A stretch of DNA of 64,000 nt from a virus (taxonomy: Duplodnaviria; Caudoviricetes), in the IMG/VR virus record IMGVR_UViG_3300036987_000310, positions 312,675 to 376,674 of that record. One strand, written 5' to 3'. Each line of letters starts with the position of its first letter. Position 1 is the stretch's first letter. Both the position numbers and the translations under genes were made by a program. The notes beneath the pieces are model-generated. The model was not told the DNA's origin and did no database searches. It saw only the letters and a program-made list of their open reading frames with translations. Below, one piece after another: positions 57,150 to 64,000 of the stretch.

Positions 57150-57506
57150 ATGGAATTTCGGTTTTCAGAATTCGAGATGAAGAGCGTGATGCGTGTCGGC
57201 GACGTGGTCGACCTCTTCAATAACCTCGTTGTTCCAACAAAAGTTTTGGAAAAGCTAAAGAAGCTTCTTTGCAAATATGACGATGTGCTTTTCGGGCATG
57301 CTGTTTTTGAAGACAGGAGAGAGTTCTGGACCGTCACATATACGATGAAGTCCTCAAAGGACCCAAAAGTTATCGTGAAGCGCACGGAAGTCATGCTTTC
57401 GGACGGAAACCTGGCATTCAAGGGGAAGAGAGAAGCGCGCGGCACCTTGTTTAGCATGGAGGGTCGCCGCGAATCTAGGGTCGTCAAATCGGTTATGAAA
57501 TCATGA
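57150..57506 (+). CDS. Hypothetical protein with C-terminal tag (..RVVKSVMKS)
   Basis: Overlaps the next gene by ATGA. Confidence 0.6.
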   Translation: MEFRFSEFEMKSVMRVGDVVDLFNNLVVPTKVLEKLKKLLCKYDDVLFGHAVFEDRREFWTVTYTMKSSKDPKVIVKRTEVMLSDGNLAFKGKREARGTLFSMEGRRESRVVKSVMKS

Positions 57507-57853
57507 CCGAACGTTCTTACACAACGGCTGGGTCTGTTTCGAAATCTGTTCGGCCACAGGTTTGGAAAGATTGGGAGCGTTTTTGGAGGAGGCTTTATCG
57601 GGGTTTTTCTACAAGAGAACGTTTGTTTGAGTTTGAATTCGGAACCGTCATCACTGTGGAAAACACCAATTTTCTCCTTCAGTACAAACCTGCCATGGGG
57701 GTTTTTGAAATATCTCTCCGCGATCTTTGTTTTGACGGTATGAAGGAAACGGTTAAAGGCTCTCTGTCTTTAAACGGAAAGCCATACACATTCATGGACG
57801 ATTTCCAAAAAGCTTTGGACTCCCTGGTTGTTAAAAGCATCATGGCTTCTTGA
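57503..57853 (+). CDS. Hypothetical protein with C-terminal tag (..LVVKSIMAS)
   Basis: ATGA overlap. Confidence 0.6.
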   Translation: MTERSYTTAGSVSKSVRPQVWKDWERFWRRLYRGFSTRERLFEFEFGTVITVENTNFLLQYKPAMGVFEISLRDLCFDGMKETVKGSLSLNGKPYTFMDDFQKALDSLVVKSIMAS

Positions 57854-57875
57854 ACTTTCATTGCCTTTCCATGGC

Positions 57876-58295
57876 ATGGATTTCGTCCGCATAGCCCGTC
57901 GTGTTAGTGACAAGTCTAAAGCCAAGGCTAAACCAGCTCCGAAAAAGCCTAGGAATACCAAAAAGAAGCCTGACAGAGTTGCCGAGCCGGTTCAACAGCC
58001 TGAGCCGGAAGTTCCGGATGTGTCCATGGACGTTCTGGACCCGGGCGTTGAATACTCTTTCAAGGTTGACTTGTCTTTAATCGTGGATTTTGAAGGGGAC
58101 ACGTCCGAGGTGTCTGAACCCCGTCTTCGGAAAAAGCTGAAAGCTGAAATGTTGGCCGCCATAAAAAGCGCCACTCTTATGGCGGCCAATGACTTCGGGC
58201 TGCGAGCGAACAACATCAAAGTAAATCCAATTTCAGTCAGTTCTGCTATGAACGACCAAACCTCTGTTGGTGAGAGGGGCGCTGGTAACGTCTGA
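57876..58295 (+). CDS. Hypothetical protein with RIARRVS motif
   Basis: CTTTCATT 13 nt upstream of ATG 57876. Confidence 0.6.
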   Translation: MDFVRIARRVSDKSKAKAKPAPKKPRNTKKKPDRVAEPVQQPEPEVPDVSMDVLDPGVEYSFKVDLSLIVDFEGDTSEVSEPRLRKKLKAEMLAAIKSATLMAANDFGLRANNIKVNPISVSSAMNDQTSVGERGAGNV

Positions 58296-58296
58296 C

Positions 58297-58581
58297 ATGA
58301 GCGAACAACTGAAATTGGAACTGAAGCCTGAGACTACCGAAAAGATCGAAAAGATCGATAGCGCGATTTTGTACTGGTCTGTGCAACTATCGCAAGCCAT
58401 GATCAAACTTCGAGAAGTCGAGTCTCAAATCGGAAACCTTTACGATTTCAAGAAAACGGCAGTTTTGGAAGATCTTAAAGCTCAAAATGTCGACATTGAC
58501 GGGTGCGATGTTTCCACGACGGATTCAAAAAACGTTGTGATTACAAAACCAACGAAACCACAAACTCCGCCTGGAGACTGA
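58297..58581 (+). CDS. Small coiled-coil protein
   Basis: Packed 1 nt after the previous stop. Confidence 0.6.
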   Translation: MSEQLKLELKPETTEKIEKIDSAILYWSVQLSQAMIKLREVESQIGNLYDFKKTAVLEDLKAQNVDIDGCDVSTTDSKNVVITKPTKPQTPPGD

Positions 58582-58582
58582 C

Positions 58583-59887
58583 ATGCCATGGCCTAGAGAT
58601 AGGCTTCCAGACCCGAGAGAACGCATGAGGCCAGCTCTTCCACTGGCTCCTCTCAAAGCTTTTTGTTTGTCCGGCCTGCAACAAGGCGTATACGACCTGA
58701 GGTGGTCAGACCCCGCAGAGCTTCCGGGTAACGGCAGGTTCAGCATTATGGGAGTGAACATATACCGGAGCTTTGGGTCCGAGTTCGGCCCATTTTATCG
58801 CGTCAATGCTGTTCCTGTCGGAGCTTTGTTCTGGCGAGACATGGCCACGACAAAAGTGGTCCTGCAAGAGGATGTGTCGCAAAATTTTGCCATAGGGCCG
58901 GATGGCGAATATGTTTTCAATACTAAACATAGTCCGATCATAATTGATCCGATTCCTGGCGGCATAAACTGCGTTAGGATGAACATGCGCGTCACTGTGG
59001 ACGGAAGTTACGCCGTCGTTGACTGGCTTGACTCCGTGAATGGCATATTCAGACTATCCAGCCAGAACGTGTTTGACGTTATCAATCAACAAACCACTCC
59101 TGCTGTTCTTCCAAATTCAGATGGCAGCAGCGTGGTTTTGGCTTCATATAGATATGTCGACAACCCGATTCCGGACACCCTCGACAAAAGGGTTTTTTAC
59201 CGGGTAACAACCGTGGCGTACGACGTTGACGGGAATCTTCTGGAAACTCCAATAGACGAAGCCGCCACAGCAAACAGTTATGAAGTTGAGAAGTTAAACT
59301 ATATCTGGAGGGAAGCTGTTCGCAGGAACAGCTGGATTCTAGATCACGGCGGAGAAAGAGTAAAGGTCTTCATCCGGAAAAACGGCGGAACTCCTTGCGG
59401 ATGTCAATCAGACCTCCATGGTCAGCCAAAATCAGACTGTGAGTCATGTTTCGGAGCCGGATTTGTTGGCGGGTATGACGGTCCATATGATATAACCATT
59501 GCTCCTGACGATGCGGAAATGAATTTTAAACAGGAGATCCGTGGAAGATCCATGGTGAAACAGTATGAAACGTGGACCGGTCCGAGCCCCTTGTTGTCTC
59601 AACGAGATTTCGTGCTGAAGTTGAATGGGGACAGGTATGGCATAGGTCCTGTGCGCATGCCAAGCAATAGGGGCATGCAGCTTCAGCAGTTTTTCGTGAC
59701 GTCTCACTTGGATTCGGCAGACATCCGTTACAAAGTTCCAGCCATAAGCCCAGCGACTCTCATTTTTCCAGCCACTAGATATGCAATTCCTGGACGCGGC
59801 GGAGCAACCCCCATGATTACAAATGCCGATCAAATTCCAGCTGAGAGACAAGATCGCGGGAACACTGTGACTTATGAGAACGAGTAA
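58583..59887 (+). CDS. Putative neck/head-closure protein
   Basis: FN3-like N-terminal part; GGERVKVFIRK..CGC..CESCFGAGFVGGY. Confidence 0.55.
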   Translation: MPWPRDRLPDPRERMRPALPLAPLKAFCLSGLQQGVYDLRWSDPAELPGNGRFSIMGVNIYRSFGSEFGPFYRVNAVPVGALFWRDMATTKVVLQEDVSQNFAIGPDGEYVFNTKHSPIIIDPIPGGINCVRMNMRVTVDGSYAVVDWLDSVNGIFRLSSQNVFDVINQQTTPAVLPNSDGSSVVLASYRYVDNPIPDTLDKRVFYRVTTVAYDVDGNLLETPIDEAATANSYEVEKLNYIWREAVRRNSWILDHGGERVKVFIRKNGGTPCGCQSDLHGQPKSDCESCFGAGFVGGYDGPYDITIAPDDAEMNFKQEIRGRSMVKQYETWTGPSPLLSQRDFVLKLNGDRYGIGPVRMPSNRGMQLQQFFVTSHLDSADIRYKVPAISPATLIFPATRYAIPGRGGATPMITNADQIPAERQDRGNTVTYENE

Positions 59888-59918
59888 AATTCTTTCATAA
59901 AGTGGGCAATAGTAAGTA

Positions 59919-60572
59919 ATGCCATCAGATGACATATCGACTTCGCTTCATGCGGAAACGCAGCGAATAATAGATAGGCTCATGAGCAACATAGCCAAAG
60001 AAGGCTTGTCCGCTTTGAAGCAAACTCTTGATGACTCTGGGTTTTCTGAAAAGTTAAAACAGTATGAAGCCTATTCCCACGTGGCTGGAGACTCCGTAAT
60101 ATTTGAACTCGTGGTCGACTCGTCGCAGGTTATTGCCACCGACGCTAAAACTGTAGAAGCTATTCGCGAGCAGGAGTCCAAAGCACGACAAGACATGATG
60201 AGGCGCGTGACTAAGACGTTTGAGCTTGGAGTCAGCGGTCCTCGCCGCGTTGTTCGTGACGCCAGGAGATTCCAGTCTGACGCCAGATCTAAGACATCTG
60301 ATGCCAGGGTCTCAGCTCGCGACGCCAGGACCCCGGCTCGCGACGCCAGAGTTGATAGGGTCATAGAAAATCCCCGAGGCATGGACATAACCTATGATGG
60401 AAAAATGTCTCTCACGTTGGAAAGGTCCTCTGTCGTCAAAGGATCAGACACAACATTCCCAAAGGGGTCGTTTCAAGGGCTCATGGGGGACTTCATGAAC
60501 CGGTTGAATAAAGCTGCCACAAAGAATTTTTCGGGGGAGCTTGAGAAAATAATTGCGAGGCACTTAAAATGA
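59919..60572 (+). CDS. Hypothetical (possible tail-completion) protein
   Basis: (S)DAR short repeats; lies in the neck module. Confidence 0.55.
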   Translation: MPSDDISTSLHAETQRIIDRLMSNIAKEGLSALKQTLDDSGFSEKLKQYEAYSHVAGDSVIFELVVDSSQVIATDAKTVEAIREQESKARQDMMRRVTKTFELGVSGPRRVVRDARRFQSDARSKTSDARVSARDARTPARDARVDRVIENPRGMDITYDGKMSLTLERSSVVKGSDTTFPKGSFQGLMGDFMNRLNKAATKNFSGELEKIIARHLK

Positions 60573-61135
60573 TGATGTGCCGAATCTCAAACATAACTCC
60601 GATGAACATAGTCATTGAAGATCTTGGGATTCGGCTTCAACCTGTTGGAGGAAAAGGAAGTCACGCGCTTGTCCGGGCAGACATGGCTCGAAGATCCATG
60701 GATTTGGGGCGCAACACTCAATGGGTCAGGATAGAAGAGTTCGAAGTTGTTTCTCCAAATGCCCCGAAGGTGCCGCATCCTGTTGCGGTGGTTGTGCCCG
60801 CAAAGCCTCCTGTTGTGCCAGAAGTTTCCCAGCTTCCTCAGTCTTCACAGCCGCAGTCATCTGAACTAGAAGAACTGAAAAAATCCTTGGACGGCATGGT
60901 GGCTCGGCAGGAAGAGCTTTTTAAGCTGCTTCAGTCAGCTGTTCAAAGGCCGATAACGTACGCGCATGTTCCCACTGCACATGTTGGAAACTTTTCGAGT
61001 GATGACGAGATTATTCTCCCAGGAAAGCTCGTTCCCGAATCTGTGGAAGTGAACGTTAAAGTTCGCGAAGATGAACACTCGGCGGACGATTTTGACAATG
61101 CTTTGGCAGCTTTGAAGAAAGCAAAAAATAAGTAG
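60569..61135 (+). CDS. Hypothetical protein with Pro-rich linker and coiled coil
   Basis: ATGA overlap; precedes the actin-like gene. Confidence 0.6.
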   Translation: MMMCRISNITPMNIVIEDLGIRLQPVGGKGSHALVRADMARRSMDLGRNTQWVRIEEFEVVSPNAPKVPHPVAVVVPAKPPVVPEVSQLPQSSQPQSSELEELKKSLDGMVARQEELFKLLQSAVQRPITYAHVPTAHVGNFSSDDEIILPGKLVPESVEVNVKVREDEHSADDFDNALAALKKAKNK

Positions 61136-61164
61136 AGTTTGGCATACGCATAGCGGAGACGAAA

Positions 61165-62172
61165 ATGTCGAAAAATGAAAAAGAAGAGTTTGGCGCTGGT
61201 CTTGACGTTGGAACCATGAACTTCGTCGCAGCCAGACGAAACAACGGCAAAAATGTAAAAACCGTCAGACTCAGGAATGCTTTTCTTGATCTTCCGCCAG
61301 AGCAGAAGCGGATGCTGAAACTGTCTAAAACTAGCTACATCGAATACGATGGGCGACTTTTGGTGATGGGGGACGAAGCGATATCCACTGCTAACTTGTT
61401 CAACAAAGAGGCGCGGCGTCCAATGTCGTCTGGCATCATTTCAGCGGGTGAAATAGATGCTCAGGGAGTCATGGCCGTAATAGTGAAGCATTTGCTTGGG
61501 GAGCCCAGACATGCCAACGAACAGTGTTGTTTTTCGGTTCCTGCTTCTGCTGTCGACGTGCCAGATTCGGACACAACATACCATAAAGCTGTTCTGTCAA
61601 AAATTTTGACAGAACTCGGGTATTCTCCAAACCCCGTGAACGAAGCCCTCGCAGTGGTGTATTCAGAATGTATGTCTGAGAATTTTTCCGGTCTGGCACT
61701 ATCTTATGGGTCTGGCATGACAAATGTTTGTTTGGCATACAATGCCATGTCTGCTTTGGAGTTTAGCATAGCTAGAGGCGGAGATTGGGTTGACAAGGGT
61801 GCAGCACGAGCAACCGGAACAACATCTGCAAAAATATGTATGATTAAGGAGGGCGGAGTTAATTTGTCGGCTCCGAAAAACAGGGAAGAAGAGGCTGTGA
61901 CTTTATATGTTCAGTCGCTCATCGATTACTCGATCGATAGTATCATAGCGCATTTCGCAAAAGTGCGGCGCGAAATTCTCATCCCCAAGCCCATTCCTAT
62001 TGTTGTGAGTGGCGGAACCTCTTTAGCTGAAGGTTTCGTTGAAAAGTTTAAAGAAAGGTTTGAACTTTTCAGAGGAAAGTTTCCGATTGACGTGTCTGAG
62101 GTAAGACCCGCAAAAGACCCGATGACGTCGGTTGCTTCCGGTTTGCTTCTGTACGCTCAGATGGAAGACTAG
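61165..62172 (+). CDS. Actin-like ATPase (MreB/FtsA/Alp superfamily)
   Basis: Phosphate-1 GLDVGT, connect-1 NEALA, phosphate-2 SYGSGMT, adenosine VSGGTS, connect-2 PMTSVASG. Confidence 0.8.
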   Translation: MSKNEKEEFGAGLDVGTMNFVAARRNNGKNVKTVRLRNAFLDLPPEQKRMLKLSKTSYIEYDGRLLVMGDEAISTANLFNKEARRPMSSGIISAGEIDAQGVMAVIVKHLLGEPRHANEQCCFSVPASAVDVPDSDTTYHKAVLSKILTELGYSPNPVNEALAVVYSECMSENFSGLALSYGSGMTNVCLAYNAMSALEFSIARGGDWVDKGAARATGTTSAKICMIKEGGVNLSAPKNREEEAVTLYVQSLIDYSIDSIIAHFAKVRREILIPKPIPIVVSGGTSLAEGFVEKFKERFELFRGKFPIDVSEVRPAKDPMTSVASGLLLYAQMED

Positions 62173-62197
62173 AACCCTTTAATTAGGTGCAACACAC

Positions 62198-62488
62198 ATG
62201 AACGGATTCAAAGGTCTAAACATCCCGGTCTTGACTGAGGCCGATTTATATGAAATTCAAGGGAAGTCTATCGGGGTAAAAACTGGAACGGGAAAGCAGA
62301 AACAACAGTCAAAGTCCGTTATGCCCGATCCCGAGCCCGTTATGCCCGAGCCTGATCCCGATCCCGAGCCTGATCCCGCTATGCCCGAGCCTGATCCCGT
62401 TATGCCCGAGCCCGAGCCCGATCCCGTTATGCCCGAGCCCGATCCGAAAAAGCCAACTTCGAAAAATAGAAAAAAGCCCTACAAGTGA
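62198..62488 (+). CDS. Small protein with VMPEPDP repeats
   Basis: Imperfect tandem repeats at about 62318-62445. Confidence 0.6.
   Translation: MNGFKGLNIPVLTEADLYEIQGKSIGVKTGTGKQKQQSKSVMPDPEPVMPEPDPDPEPDPAMPEPDPVMPEPEPDPVMPEPDPKKPTSKNRKKPYK
62318..62445 (+). repeat. Coding tandem repeat GTTATGCCCGAGCC(T/C)GA(T/G)CCC
   Basis: Five imperfect units with no unique spacers. Confidence 0.85.
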
Positions 62489-62491
62489 GTC

Positions 62492-63703
62492 ATGATGAAG
62501 TCATGGCTTACAAATGCTACGAAGAGAAGGCTCATTGGGGAGCTGCGAAGCATATTATATGAGCATCCCAAATATAGGGGCGATTCAAACAACGTAGTAA
62601 ACAAATTTTCTTTCAAAGAGCGTCCACAACGCGGGATCATAATTAGTGGCACATCCGGAGACAGAGTTGGACTATCTGCCAATGATTACATAGGACGGTT
62701 GACATCCTTTGTCATGCTTACCCCCTATCAGGACTTTCCCGGAACCACCATAGAATGGGTTCGGGAGAATTTTCCTCTTCTAGAGCAGTATTCGAAAAGA
62801 AGAGACATATTCCCGAGTCCGCCCGGTGCATATCTTATTGAAATTCAAAGTCTCCCAGATTTAGCTAATAACACGCCAGGAAAGTTCACTGTTAAACCAT
62901 ATCTGACGGTGAATGGCGAACCACTTTTAATACTGACAGACCCGGCCGGGAATGAAGCTCAAATAACGAACACCCCTCTTTATGAAGGTGCGCTTCGTTT
63001 GTGGCTTAATGGAAGACGTCCGCTTTTGCAAGACGTGGATTACAGCATTGATTGGAAAGATGGGGCCATAACATTTTTGAAGGATCTTCCATCTAACGCA
63101 GTTATCGAGGCAGATTATAGATACTCAACTCCTGAACGGGGGCCATTCAGTTTTGATTTGGAGAGGGCAAACCTTGACGCAATCCCCGGAGCAGTCATAG
63201 CGTTTGGGGATAGAGCACAAGACTGTGACAAAATGGTTGTTGTGGTTACCGACAGCCGAGCAGAAGTTGCTGAAGTTTTTGGTGGAAAGTTTGAAATACA
63301 CTTTGATTTAACTGTGTTTTCGAGAGACGCAGAAGATCGAGAAAAACTTTCTGACTATGTCATCCATAGGGTGTTGGATAAAAAGCTGGCATGGGGATAT
63401 GAGGGACTCGAGCTCTTGGATATATCCCCCGGTGGCGAGAGCGAAGAAATATACAACGCTGAGATTGACGACTATTACTACGATAGCGCTGTTTCTTTGA
63501 CGATTCGCGTGGACTGGGAGTCATATGTGTCTCTTCCTGTTCAGAACTTTAGGATAGAACAGACGTCTGCGGCGGAAGAGCAGGCAAAGGGATACGCTGA
63601 TGGCTCGTTCGTGCTGGATCTTCTCAGAATGGGAGATTTGACCGACATGGCGGGCGTGTCGACAACTATCGGCAGGAAGATAACATTTCCAAGAATCAAG
63701 TGA
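62492..63703 (+). CDS. Putative tail terminator/completion protein
   Basis: FEIHFDLTVFSRDAEDREKLSDYV motif; position in the neck/tail module. Confidence 0.5.
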   Translation: MMKSWLTNATKRRLIGELRSILYEHPKYRGDSNNVVNKFSFKERPQRGIIISGTSGDRVGLSANDYIGRLTSFVMLTPYQDFPGTTIEWVRENFPLLEQYSKRRDIFPSPPGAYLIEIQSLPDLANNTPGKFTVKPYLTVNGEPLLILTDPAGNEAQITNTPLYEGALRLWLNGRRPLLQDVDYSIDWKDGAITFLKDLPSNAVIEADYRYSTPERGPFSFDLERANLDAIPGAVIAFGDRAQDCDKMVVVVTDSRAEVAEVFGGKFEIHFDLTVFSRDAEDREKLSDYVIHRVLDKKLAWGYEGLELLDISPGGESEEIYNAEIDDYYYDSAVSLTIRVDWESYVSLPVQNFRIEQTSAAEEQAKGYADGSFVLDLLRMGDLTDMAGVSTTIGRKITFPRIK

Positions 63704-63730
63704 TTCGGTTGTTTATTATGTAGCGTTCTC

Positions 63731-64000
63731 ATGAGTTTGAAGCTAGAACGTATAGCTTCGCGCGTTGCGACCGGCCGATTAGCTTCGTCCGAGTATGAAG
63801 AAATGTTAGACGACTTCATGGAGCGGCTTGTCGATGCTGATCGCTTCTTGAATGTCATACAAAGCAACACGCCGTCCAAGGAGGGAAAGGTCATTGTTAT
63901 GGGAGTTCATCAAGACCTTTTCCAATTTGTTGCAGACGCGCGAAACTGGGTGAGAAAATTGAAATTCCTGGGTCGATCAGCTCCTGAAAAGAAGTCCTCT
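63731..64000 (+). CDS. Hypothetical protein with RIASRVA motif, 3' partial
   Basis: ATG 63731 (MSLKLERIASRVATGRLAS..), open to the window end; not in the ORF track. Confidence 0.6.
   Translation, partial: MSLKLERIASRVATGRLASSEYEEMLDDFMERLVDADRFLNVIQSNTPSKEGKVIVMGVHQDLFQFVADARNWVRKLKFLGRSAPEKKSS

Noticed and set aside
62318-62445. Possible CRISPR mini-array
   Set aside because: Repeats abut without unique spacers, keep the reading frame and encode VMPEPDP
1-64000. Genome-wide stop-codon reassignment suggested by the UUA tRNA
   Set aside because: Conserved genes are full length in code 11 and end naturally at TAA/TAG (MCP, terL, patatin, actin-like); in-frame junction frequency is at chance level

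Overview
A 64 kb segment of a large tailed dsDNA phage (jumbo-like), read in standard code 11. It has no CRISPR array, rRNA or reverse transcriptase. The + strand carries the virion morphogenesis backbone: intein-split terminase large subunit, portal, probable internal head proteins, prohead protease, scaffold, decoration protein, major capsid protein, a GC-rich fibre block, and neck/tail-completion genes. Accessory genes are interspersed: amino-methyltransferase plus HNH, VWA protein, PTH2-like peptidyl-tRNA hydrolase, 2H phosphoesterase, Vsr, GT51 peptidoglycan transglycosylase, patatin, a lone ligase adenylation domain, a nuclease fused to a Mom-like acetyltransferase, an actin-like ATPase, and intact or decayed homing endonucleases. 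Three patterns not explained by gene annotation stand out. (1) At least 13 small, mostly unrelated early-type proteins end in the same C-terminal tag (..E/D-x-x-V/I-x-x-V/I-M-x-x-stop). (2) A sigma70 operon begins with a leaderless micro-ORF, MTHFL(UAA)-MPRGPP, and ends with a PTH2-like gene and a serine-bodied tRNA with the ochre-reading anticodon UUA; that anticodon is also the stop codon of an antisense 2H phosphoesterase. (3) A shared I-A-x-R-V-A motif marks many putative virion-associated proteins. All functional calls come from motif recognition only; no database search was run.
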